Shown here: one piece after another, positions 56,187 to 64,000 of the stretch
How positions within the stretch are numbered: position 1 is the first letter of the stretch
How the letters are laid out: each line of letters begins with the position of its first letter
Assembly: GCA_002737275.1 (NCBI GenBank)
Contig: NSIG01000005.1
Location: 333 to 64,332, forward strand
Source: Opitutia bacterium
GTDB lineage: Bacteria > Verrucomicrobiota > Verrucomicrobiia > Opitutales > Opitutaceae
Direction of reading: 5' to 3'
Length of the DNA: 64,000 nucleotides
Notes under the pieces: model-generated
Told to the model about the DNA's origin: nothing
Databases searched by the model: none
Seen by the model: the letters and a program-made list of their open reading frames with translations, nothing else
Position numbers and translations under genes: made by a program

Positions 56187-57824
56187 ATGCACTGTCTGCT
56201 TTTAATTCTGGTCGGTTTCCTTTCATTCACCGCCGCCAGCTTTTCGGCGCAGCCGGTTGCCCGGCCCGCGTGGGTCATGCGCTTTGACGGAGATTGGCTC
56301 GTCGCCAACGGGATGCCGGAGAAGGCGATGCTCGTGAGCTTGCAGGGGCTTGCGAACCGTGCCGCGCCGCAGCTCTACATCGTCCACCCGCGAGATTTCC
56401 AGTGGGAGATCACCGAGCCGCTCTTTGAGTTCTACCAACGCAAGCACGGTGTCGTCTTCACCGAGTTGAAGACGGCGGATGAGGCGCTCGCGCTTTTTGC
56501 GAAGCACGCCAAGGGCTACGTGATCTGGGAACCGGCGGTCTCGGCGACGATGAACGTGGCGTTCACGATCGCGGGGCTAGAGGACGCGCTGATCGTGACG
56601 GAGGCGCAAGTCGCCCAAGTGGAGGCGCGGGGTCTCAAGCGGATCGACGACCTCCGCGGCCGTTATACCGGGCAAACCGACGCCCAAATCTACGCCGATG
56701 CTTACACGCGCTACTGGGCGCGTTGCACCCATGATGCGATCATGCTGATGGGCGGGCATGTGGGCGTGGTGCGGATGCCGGCGATGGCGGACTGGGGCGT
56801 GCGGCAGAAAATGTTCTTCCACGATCTTTCGGCGAATCCCGGCCGGCACCCCGAAGAAGTTGCCTTGGGGAAGAAGCTGTTTTCCGAGATGACTCCGCTC
56901 GGCACCGTGTTCGGCTGGCACTCCTACGGCAAAGATACCGAGGAGCAGCACACGACCTTGCTTTCGAGCTTCGGGCTCAAGATGGAAGGTCTGCACAACC
57001 TGCCCAATCTCAGTTTTAATTGTCAGTTCACGTTCACGCCGGGCTTCAAGTTCACCAATAACCATCAGGTCGCCCTCGATGCGAAACTCACGGCGGAGCA
57101 GAAGGTGTATGTGTCTTTCGTGCAGTCCGATAGTATCGGCATCGGCGTCTGGACCAAGCCGGGGCGGGGCAAGCTGCCCTTTGGCTGGCAGGTGACGATG
57201 AACTGGTCGAAATTCTCCCCGGCGGCGCTGGAGTATTTCCACGAAAGCGCGACGAAGAACGATTACTTCATCGGCGGTCTCTCCGGTCCGGGTTACATGT
57301 ATCCGAATCATATCCCCGCCGACAAATTCGGCCCGCTCATGGCCGAGGCCCGCGCGCTCATGGCGGTGCTCGACGAACATGTTTTGGAGATCATGGACAA
57401 CTCCGCCGCCGACGGAAACGTGGGCAACGCCGACCTGACCAAGGAAACGGTGGACCGCTACTACGCCGCGTTTCCCGATGTGATCGGCTTCATCAACGGT
57501 TACGGCCCGGCGCGCACGCGCGACCTCCGCGACACCCGGGCGATGATTTCCTACGACTACTACATCGACCCCCGGCGCCCGCGCGACGAGGTGGCGGCCG
57601 ATCTCAACGAGTTGATCGCGATCAACGCCAAGCGGCCGTATTTCTTGCTCGTGCACGTGCGCGAGTCCAACGACGTGAACAGCCTCGTCGAGATCACCAA
57701 GCAGTTGGACGGCCCGGTCGAGGTCGTGCCGGTGGACGTGTTTTTGAAGCTGGCGGCGAGCAACAAAACCTACACCACCCGCTATCAGGACCCGGCTGAC
57801 CCGAAGCATTTCAAGGGCTTCTGA
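56187..57824 (+). CDS. GxGYxYP-family protein (putative glycoside hydrolase), secreted
   Basis: Signal peptide, and the eponymous motif GLSGPGYMYP in the expected central position. Confidence 0.7.
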   Translation: MHCLLLILVGFLSFTAASFSAQPVARPAWVMRFDGDWLVANGMPEKAMLVSLQGLANRAAPQLYIVHPRDFQWEITEPLFEFYQRKHGVVFTELKTADEALALFAKHAKGYVIWEPAVSATMNVAFTIAGLEDALIVTEAQVAQVEARGLKRIDDLRGRYTGQTDAQIYADAYTRYWARCTHDAIMLMGGHVGVVRMPAMADWGVRQKMFFHDLSANPGRHPEEVALGKKLFSEMTPLGTVFGWHSYGKDTEEQHTTLLSSFGLKMEGLHNLPNLSFNCQFTFTPGFKFTNNHQVALDAKLTAEQKVYVSFVQSDSIGIGVWTKPGRGKLPFGWQVTMNWSKFSPAALEYFHESATKNDYFIGGLSGPGYMYPNHIPADKFGPLMAEARALMAVLDEHVLEIMDNSAADGNVGNADLTKETVDRYYAAFPDVIGFINGYGPARTRDLRDTRAMISYDYYIDPRRPRDEVAADLNELIAINAKRPYFLLVHVRESNDVNSLVEITKQLDGPVEVVPVDVFLKLAASNKTYTTRYQDPADPKHFKGF

Positions 57825-57833
57825 GGCGTTCGG

Positions 57834-57913
57834 GTAGGAGCGCGCTGGCGCGCGATCTGGGTCGACACGACCGAGCACTCACGCGGGGTAATCGCCCTCG
57901 AGCGGGCTTCTAC
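57834..57913. repeat. Inverted doublet of REP-like hairpins
   Basis: GTAG-GA-GCGCGC-tg-GCGCGC (57834-57853, + orientation). On the minus strand, GTAG-AA-GCCC-gctcga-GGGC (57892-57913). Confidence 0.45.
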
Positions 57914-57971
57914 GCCGCCCGACGAGAAGTTTTGTTTGGTTTCGCCCCGCGCCGCGGGTCAATGTGTCGGC

Positions 57972-58829
57972 ATGGCCCATTCTTCCCGCGACGCATTTTT
58001 TCGTAAGCCCTCAACTCAGGCGCGGCCGTTAACGCATTTCGTCGGTCGGCCGGGGGCGGGTGCCGGTGCGGCGAAGACCGAGCCAGCCCGTGGGGAGAGG
58101 GAGGAACTCAAGCTCTGCGGGCTCGCCGCGGTGAAAGCGCGGTTTGAAAGCGAACCGGATTCGATTTTGCGGGTGTTTTTTGACGAACCGACGAGTCGCA
58201 AGGTGGGTGCGATGAGCAAGGCGCTCGCGCTCGCCAAGAAAATCTACCGCTGCGTGCCGCCGGCGGAGTTGGAGAAAATCGCGGGCTCGATTCATCATGG
58301 CGGGATCGTAGCGGTCGTGCACGCGACGGCCCTGCGCACGCCCACGGCGGACGACGTGCGCGGTTGGGCGCTGCGGCGGGAGTCGGTGCTGGTGCTCGAC
58401 CGGATCGGCAATCCGCACAACCTCGGAGCGATCGCGCGCACGGCGGCGTTTTTTGGCGTAGCGCGGATCGTGATCTCAGCCGAGGCGACGGCGGCGCGGC
58501 CGAACGAGGCGGCGCACCGGGTGGCGGAGGGTGGACTCGAGTTTCTGGAAGTATGGCAGGCGCGCGATCTCGCGGTGTTGGCGAGGACCATGGTGGCGGC
58601 GGGCTACGAGGTGGTCGGCGCGGCGACGCGGGGCGGGCGGCCCGAGGCGGCGCGCGCGGGACAGAAACCGGTGGTGATCGTGCTGGGCAACGAGGAGACG
58701 GGGCTTGCGCCGGCCGTGGCGGCGGCGTGCACGCGGCTCGTCACGATTCCCGGGACCGGTAAGGTCGAGTCGTTAAATGTCTCGGTGGCGGCTGCAGTGC
58801 TGATGTGGGAACTCTGCGCCCGGCGGTAA
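57972..58829 (+). CDS. TrmH/SpoU-family RNA 2'-O-methyltransferase (RlmB-like)
   Basis: SpoU blocks NPHNLGAIARTAAFFG, VIVLGNEETGL and IPGTGKVESLNVSVAAAVLMWE. ATG 57972 is preferred over the TTG/GTG at 57936. Confidence 0.85.
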   Translation: MAHSSRDAFFRKPSTQARPLTHFVGRPGAGAGAAKTEPARGEREELKLCGLAAVKARFESEPDSILRVFFDEPTSRKVGAMSKALALAKKIYRCVPPAELEKIAGSIHHGGIVAVVHATALRTPTADDVRGWALRRESVLVLDRIGNPHNLGAIARTAAFFGVARIVISAEATAARPNEAAHRVAEGGLEFLEVWQARDLAVLARTMVAAGYEVVGAATRGGRPEAARAGQKPVVIVLGNEETGLAPAVAAACTRLVTIPGTGKVESLNVSVAAAVLMWELCARR

Positions 58830-58969
58830 CGGCGTCGCTGGTCGGCCCGCGGCCTGCGGAGGCTGCGAGCGCGGAGCCAAAGCCGGCTGTAGAATTTTCG
58901 TGGCGGATCGATGGGGGTCTTCACTGATGGGGAGCACTTCAAACCAACGTCCCTTAATTTCTAAACGTT

Positions 58970-59045
58970 TGTCATTGTGAGGTGCGCGAAGCGCGCCGTA
59001 GCAATCCGGCTGGATTGCTTCGTCGCTGCGCTTCTCGCAATGACA
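58970..59045. repeat. Long imperfect palindromic element (GTCATTGtGAG ... CTCGCAATGAC) with a nested GTAG-headed hairpin
   Basis: 12-bp outer stem (58970-58981 / 59034-59045, one G-U pair). 8-bp apical stem AGCAATCC/GGATTGCT preceded by GTAG. Followed by T5 at 59051-59055. Confidence 0.7.
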
Positions 59046-59253
59046 GTCTGTTTTTCCAGGAACGTTGGTATCAGTCCTTGCTTCGGGATTCGGGATTTGC
59101 GTACCAACTTTTCCTTGGTCACGACGAAATTTTCTTCGTTATTTTGGAATTCTAGCTTGTCGCAAGAACGTCCCGAGGTGTCTGATTGGGGAAATATTAA
59201 CCTGTTTTCGGGGCCGCTTTACCGGCAGTTCCGATCACCCTACCCCCCCCATT

Positions 59254-62200
59254 ATGACTCAAAAAAGTGCCCGATTCTGGCGTGAGCTATCGCCATTCGC
59301 ATTTCTATTCGGCTGGTTTTTTTCCGCCGCAGTCCTCGTTGCCCAATCGGGCGGCACGGGCTCCGTGCAAGGCAAGGTATTCAACCCCGTGACGAAGGAG
59401 TATGTGCGCAATGCCGAGGTGCGGCTCGAGGACACGAACCAAGTTACGTTCACGGAGGGCGACGGCTCGTTCCAGTTTTTGAATGTCGCGGCGGGTCCGG
59501 CGGCAATCGCTGTCTCGTTTTCCGGCTATGCTACGGTAAAGGATTCCTTCACCGTCACCGCGGGCAGCCCGGCGGTGAGGGAAATCAATATTATCAGCAC
59601 CGCAGCTCCGGCCCCGGTTACGCGCAAAGACGGGGTGGTCCAGCTGGCCGCTTTTAAGGTGGATTCCGAGCGCGAGGGTAATGCTAAGGCCATTCAGGCC
59701 CAGCGGCGCAATATGGACATCACCACGTCGGTTTCGTCGGACATCTTCGGCGATGTCACGGACGGCAACGTCGGCGAGTTCTTGAAATACTTGCCGGGTG
59801 TGGACCTTGACTACGTCGAATCCGAAGCCCGTGGTCCGCGCCTCGGCGGCATGGACAGCCAATACGTTGGGGTGTCATTCGACGGGATTCGCTCGGCCAG
59901 CGCGGATGCCAACCGGGGTGGAGGCGAGGCGTCCCGGGCGACGAGTTTCGAGGGTTTTTCTATCACGTCGATCGAGTCGATCGAGATTAGCCGAACGACA
60001 AGTGCGGAGTCCGATGCCGATTCCCCGGCGGGCACGATCAACATGAAGACGCGCCGGGCCTTTGAGCGCAAAGGGCGCCGCGTCGGGGTTAACACGAGCA
60101 TCAACTTTAATGACGAGGAGTTTACCTTAACGAAAACGCAGGGCCCAAGTGATTTTCGTGAATACAAATGGGCGCCCAACTATTCCTTTGAATACTCGGA
60201 GTCATTCCTCGACCGCCGGCTGGGTATTTTGCTGAGCGCCAGCCGCGCCAATTCCTATACCGAGCAATATGACGTAAACGTGGCCTACAATCGGAATCCT
60301 AACGCCGCTCTCGGGGATACTCGGCCGATGGTCGCTCGGCAGCTGAACTTTAAGGACGGTCCGAAATTTATCCTGAAGGATTCCCTGCTTTTAACGGCGG
60401 ACTTCAAGGCAACCCCGCGGTTGGTGCTCTCGTTGAATGCAATTTACACCTACACGGAAGGGGAATTTTGGAACCGAAATTTCACTTTCGTGGCGGCGAA
60501 CGATAATGCCAATTCAACGAATGGGCGTAGTTTCGTCACCGGCGACGGCATTCTCACCGTCGGCACGGCCCGCTCTGCGACCAACACGGTGCCAGCGCTC
60601 AACAACGGAGGTGGAGCCTCCTCCAAGCTTACTTACACCCGCACGTTTGCCCCAAAATTCGAATACAAGATCAATGCTTTCACCTTCGATGGAGCGTTCA
60701 CGTTCTCCAAGTCGGTGAACAACTACGAAGCCCTTGAGCGAGGATTTAGCGAATCCGAGGGTGGGGGCGTGGCGAGCGATTGGATCGCGACGCGGCCGCA
60801 CGCCGAATCCTGGGAGTGGACCATCCGGCAGAAATCGGGTCCGGACTGGTATGATCTACGCAGCTTCACCAATACGAATACCCGCGACGGTGGCACCCGG
60901 GTCGCGAATTCCGGCCGTACGTGGTTTACCGAAATTTGGAACGGCCAACTGAACGGGCGCTGGGTCCTGCCCTTCCGCCGGTTCCCGACCGCCCTCAAAA
61001 TGGGTGGAAAGTGGAACGAGGAAACGCGGAAAAATTTCGATGTGGGAGCGCAATCAATCTGGTCCTACGTGGGACCCGGAGGAAATACCACCACGGTCAA
61101 CCCCACCACAGGTGCCAATCAAAACGTCACGTTCGGAAATTGGGCCAATTTGGGCTACATTTCCTCGCATCCGTTCGATACCGGCACGACCAATGCCTTG
61201 ACGGTTTTCAATCTCGCCGGCGTGCAGGGCATGCCGCCTCGGGCCGACCGCAATCAGATTGCCTCGCTGTTCCGGTCCAAACCCGAGCTTTTCGTCAACA
61301 CGGCCATTCCGGACAATTGGTACACGTCGAATGTGGGCAGCCGCCGGAATTTCAAACAGACGGTGACGGCTGGTTTTCTGCAGGCGGATACCTCGCTTTC
61401 GCGCCGCCTGACCGTGCGTTTCGGCGTGCGGGTTGAAAACACGCTGAATGAGTTCACCGAGTTCGATCCTCGCTTCCGCCGAGAAATTATTGCGGCCGGC
61501 TTCCCGGTGAACGCTGCGGGCCGCGCGACCACTATTCCCGGACTGGAGTATCAGTTCCTCAGTCAACCCCGGGTCGTGCGTGAGTCGGAGTATCATAATT
61601 TTTTCCCTTCAATGGTGCTGAAGTTTAAGATCACTCCGCAGCTCGAATATCAAATCGGCGCCAACAAGGCCATCTCACGGCCGCCGGTGGATAGTCTCAC
61701 GGGTAATTTCAACGTGCTGGAGGATCTCCAGCGCGTCGATGCGCCGAATGCCGATCTGCAACCGGAATACTCCAAGAACTTTCAGACGCGCCTCGCGTAT
61801 TACTTCGGGGCGCGAGCGCCGGGCCAGCTTTCGGTGGCGCTCTCGCAAAATGAAATCCGGAACTTGCGAGAGACCTTTGATTTCACCGCCGATGATTTCG
61901 GCATCGATGACCCAGACTTCAGTTTCTATACTTTTCGCTCAACGCGAAACAGTGCCGAGGAGAGAAAATTTAGAAACATGGAGTTGGCCTACAGCCAGAC
62001 GCTCGGGTTTCTCCCGGTGATATTTGCGGGGACAAACGTGAATATCGCTTACACGCGCTCCTACGCGAACCAACGCCGGAACAACCTTTCGCCTCATCGC
62101 CTGACCTCGCGTTTGGGCTATTCTTACCGTCGCTTCAATGGCTCGATGGGCATGGTCTGGCGGGACAATTCCCCCGATGGCATTTATGGCCGCTACAAAG

Positions 62201-62403
62201 CCGCCATCACCCAGTTCGACCTTTCGATGTCTTGGACGTTCTCCCAGCGGTACGCGATGTATTTGCAGGGTCGGAATATCACCGGAGTTCCGGTGATCTG
62301 GTATGAGTCGGCTCCTGGGACGCCCGAAGGCATGAACCCCGCGCTGCGCAATTTTCAGGAATACGGCGCGAATTGGGTGCTCGGTTTTAAGGCCACGTTC
62401 TGA
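59254..62403 (+). CDS. TonB-dependent receptor with N-terminal carboxypeptidase-regulatory-like domain
   Basis: Start at ATG MTQKSARFW. Carboxypeptidase-regulatory-like (CarboxypepD_reg) segment (GSVQGKVFNPVTKEYVRNAEVRLEDTN...GDGSFQF), then a plug (IESIEISRTTSAESDADSPAGTINMKTRR) and a long barrel ending ...GFKATF. Confidence 0.9.
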   Translation: MTQKSARFWRELSPFAFLFGWFFSAAVLVAQSGGTGSVQGKVFNPVTKEYVRNAEVRLEDTNQVTFTEGDGSFQFLNVAAGPAAIAVSFSGYATVKDSFTVTAGSPAVREINIISTAAPAPVTRKDGVVQLAAFKVDSEREGNAKAIQAQRRNMDITTSVSSDIFGDVTDGNVGEFLKYLPGVDLDYVESEARGPRLGGMDSQYVGVSFDGIRSASADANRGGGEASRATSFEGFSITSIESIEISRTTSAESDADSPAGTINMKTRRAFERKGRRVGVNTSINFNDEEFTLTKTQGPSDFREYKWAPNYSFEYSESFLDRRLGILLSASRANSYTEQYDVNVAYNRNPNAALGDTRPMVARQLNFKDGPKFILKDSLLLTADFKATPRLVLSLNAIYTYTEGEFWNRNFTFVAANDNANSTNGRSFVTGDGILTVGTARSATNTVPALNNGGGASSKLTYTRTFAPKFEYKINAFTFDGAFTFSKSVNNYEALERGFSESEGGGVASDWIATRPHAESWEWTIRQKSGPDWYDLRSFTNTNTRDGGTRVANSGRTWFTEIWNGQLNGRWVLPFRRFPTALKMGGKWNEETRKNFDVGAQSIWSYVGPGGNTTTVNPTTGANQNVTFGNWANLGYISSHPFDTGTTNALTVFNLAGVQGMPPRADRNQIASLFRSKPELFVNTAIPDNWYTSNVGSRRNFKQTVTAGFLQADTSLSRRLTVRFGVRVENTLNEFTEFDPRFRREIIAAGFPVNAAGRATTIPGLEYQFLSQPRVVRESEYHNFFPSMVLKFKITPQLEYQIGANKAISRPPVDSLTGNFNVLEDLQRVDAPNADLQPEYSKNFQTRLAYYFGARAPGQLSVALSQNEIRNLRETFDFTADDFGIDDPDFSFYTFRSTRNSAEERKFRNMELAYSQTLGFLPVIFAGTNVNIAYTRSYANQRRNNLSPHRLTSRLGYSYRRFNGSMGMVWRDNSPDGIYGRYKAAITQFDLSMSWTFSQRYAMYLQGRNITGVPVIWYESAPGTPEGMNPALRNFQEYGANWVLGFKATF

Positions 62404-62521
62404 ACTCTCCGTGCGCTTGTCTCGAACCCGGTGCCGAGTTTGGGCCGGGCGTAAGTTTCCTCCGGGAATTGGAGCGGGGACATTGACCCGGAGATGATCC
62501 ATGCGTGGGAGTGGTGGAGCC

Positions 62522-64000
62522 ATGAATGAGCAACCTTTGGAATCACCGCGATCCTTCCGCGGCCGCTGGCGAAATCTCGTTTTCGGATTGGGCTTAGTCG
62601 CTGCGGTGGTCCTCTGCTTTAGCCCTGCGCTGCCCGGGGATTTTCTTTGGGACGACGATCTGCACATCACGGCCAATCCCACCATCGTCGGTCCGCTCGG
62701 CCTGAAGGAAATTTGGACAACGGCGGCGGCGAATTATTTCCCCCTTGTTCTCACCAATTTCTGGGTGCAGCACGCGCTCTGGGGGCTCAATCCCCTCGGC
62801 TATCATGTCGTCACGCTGCTCTTTCATGCACTGGCGGCGGTGCTGCTGTGGCGCGTGCTGGTGCGCCTGAATGCACGCGGTGCGTGGTTGGGCGCGGCGC
62901 TTTGGGCGTTGCATCCGGTGCAGGTGGAGTCGGTGGCGTGGATCTGTGAGCTTAAGAATACGCAGTCGGCGGTGTTCTTTCTCGGGGTGATTCTGGGCTG
63001 GCTACGCTGGCTGGAAGTCGGGCGGGTCTCCGATCCGATGTCCGCGTCGCCAATGAAAAGTCACGGCGAGTCATCGCCCCGCTTTTCGGTGAGCCATTCT
63101 GCCTACGCGGGAGCGTTGGTCTGTGCCTTGCTCGCGATCCTGAGCAAGCCCTCGACGGTGCCTTTGCCGGTGGTGTTGGCGCTCTGCGTCTGGTGGCGAC
63201 GCGGGCGGTTCACGTGGCGTGACCTGATACCGCTCGTGCCGTTCTTCCTCTTGTCGTTCGGTGCGGCCGGCTGGACGATTTGGGAGCAGCGGGTCAATTC
63301 GGGAGCCCAAGGGGCAGTTTGGGCCCAGACGTGGCCCGAGCGCTTCGTCATCGCGGGCCGCGCGGTTTGGTTTTACATCGGAAAACTGGCGTGGCCGGCC
63401 GATCTCATCTTCATCTATCCCCGCTGGGAGATTGCGGCCACGCCGCTGGCGTTTGGGCCGTTTGCGGGGGTGGTGCTGGTGGTAGCCGGACTTTGGCGGG
63501 GCAGGGCGGGGGCGCTGCGGCCCGGGTTTTTTGCCGCGATTTTTTTCGGCGCGCTGCTGTTTCCCGTGCTGGGATTTTTTAGCATCTATTTCTTCCGGTA
63601 TTCGTTTGTTGGGGATCATTTTCAATACCTCGCCAGCATGGGACCGCTCGCGCTTGCGGGCGCGGCGATCACGGTGGCCCTGGACCGTTGGCCGGCTGTG
63701 CTCGGTCGGGTGCGGCCCGTTTTTTCCGCCCTGCTGATCGGGGGCTTGGGCTTCCTGACCTGGCGGGAAAGCACGGTCTATCTCAGCAGTCAAACGCTCT
63801 GGCGCGCCACGTTGGCGCGAAATCCTGCGGCGTCGATGGCGTGGTTTAATCTTGGCAGCACGCTGCTAAAAGAGGGGCGTCACGACGAGGCCATCGCGTG
63901 CTTGCGGGAGGGCCTGCGGCTGCGGCCCGATGATGCTCCGGGCTACAACGATCTTGGGTGCGAACTGGTCGTGGTTGGCCGGGCGGAGGAAGCGCTGCCG
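62522..64000 (+). CDS. Polytopic membrane protein with C-terminal TPR repeats (PMT/TMTC-like glycosyltransferase family 39-like), 3' partial
   Basis: My own translation from ATG 62522 is open to the window end. FLWDDDLHITANP, LNPLGYHVVTLLFHALAAVLL, WALHPVQVESVAWI and FQYLASMGP resemble DUF1736/TMTC-type proteins. TPR-like AWFNLGSTLLKEGRHDEAIACLREGLRLRPDDAPGYNDLG at the end. Not in the ORF track because no stop falls in the window. Confidence 0.7.
   Translation, partial: MNEQPLESPRSFRGRWRNLVFGLGLVAAVVLCFSPALPGDFLWDDDLHITANPTIVGPLGLKEIWTTAAANYFPLVLTNFWVQHALWGLNPLGYHVVTLLFHALAAVLLWRVLVRLNARGAWLGAALWALHPVQVESVAWICELKNTQSAVFFLGVILGWLRWLEVGRVSDPMSASPMKSHGESSPRFSVSHSAYAGALVCALLAILSKPSTVPLPVVLALCVWWRRGRFTWRDLIPLVPFFLLSFGAAGWTIWEQRVNSGAQGAVWAQTWPERFVIAGRAVWFYIGKLAWPADLIFIYPRWEIAATPLAFGPFAGVVLVVAGLWRGRAGALRPGFFAAIFFGALLFPVLGFFSIYFFRYSFVGDHFQYLASMGPLALAGAAITVALDRWPAVLGRVRPVFSALLIGGLGFLTWRESTVYLSSQTLWRATLARNPAASMAWFNLGSTLLKEGRHDEAIACLREGLRLRPDDAPGYNDLGCELVVVGRAEEALP

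Noticed and set aside
58830-59253. Cobalamin, TPP or other riboswitch upstream of the TonB-dependent receptors (also checked at 30522-30918).
   Set aside because: I looked for a B12 box and other familiar riboswitch cores and saw none. I cannot exclude an unfamiliar structured leader without a covariance-model scan.
58977-59285. 102-aa ORF (MRCAKRAVAIRLDCFVAALLAMT...).
   Set aside because: It is a spurious translation of the palindromic element and the AT-rich leader. It also overlaps the real start of the TonB-dependent receptor in another frame.

Overview
High-GC bacterial chromosomal window, densely coding on both strands. I call about 60 protein genes. I found no rRNA, tRNA, CRISPR array, transposase, integrase, phage gene or known defence gene. 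All protein calls come from reading the supplied translations for family motifs; no database search was run.

Gene content suggests Verrucomicrobiota, probably Opitutales-like (inference). The basis is a PVC-type heme-binding 'membrane-bound dehydrogenase' protein, a GxGYxYP protein, Tat-exported xylose-isomerase-like TIM barrels, two TonB-dependent receptors and mostly Shine-Dalgarno-less leaders.

Most of the window is housekeeping:
- ppdK, a ClC channel, tatC, two M24 peptidases, nadK-tlyA and mutM
- LPS-heptose genes gmhB/hldA
- rlmJ, rlmM and a TrmH-family methyltransferase
- mogA, gluQ and a LOG-family protein
- a MEP-pathway cluster (pyrF-ispD-ispF, with ispE-ptsI divergent)

Accessory-looking parts:
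- a PIN/Phd toxin-antitoxin pair
- two tandem orphan OppA-like lipoproteins next to a TonB-dependent receptor
- a FucI-like isomerase / AraC / dipeptide epimerase / PQQ-cytochrome c dehydrogenase group
- a periplasmic redox/sugar cluster
- a secreted two-gene module bracketed by repeat doublets

I see no convincing novel defence or mobile system. The most follow-up-worthy signals are:
1. The lipidated SBP5 pair plus TonB-dependent receptor with no ABC transporter in the window. I speculate this could be a SusCD-like peptide capture system.
2. Tandem 9-10 nt CACGGA-type repeat modules in four intercistronic spacers.
3. A dispersed family of GT(A/G)G-headed hairpins (REP-like) with no RAYT gene in the window.
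4. A long GTCATTG...CAATGAC palindromic element upstream of the second TonB-dependent receptor.
5. A decayed 3' fragment of a P-type ATPase gene.

Many long ORFs in the six-frame track are antisense artefacts of the high GC content and were rejected.
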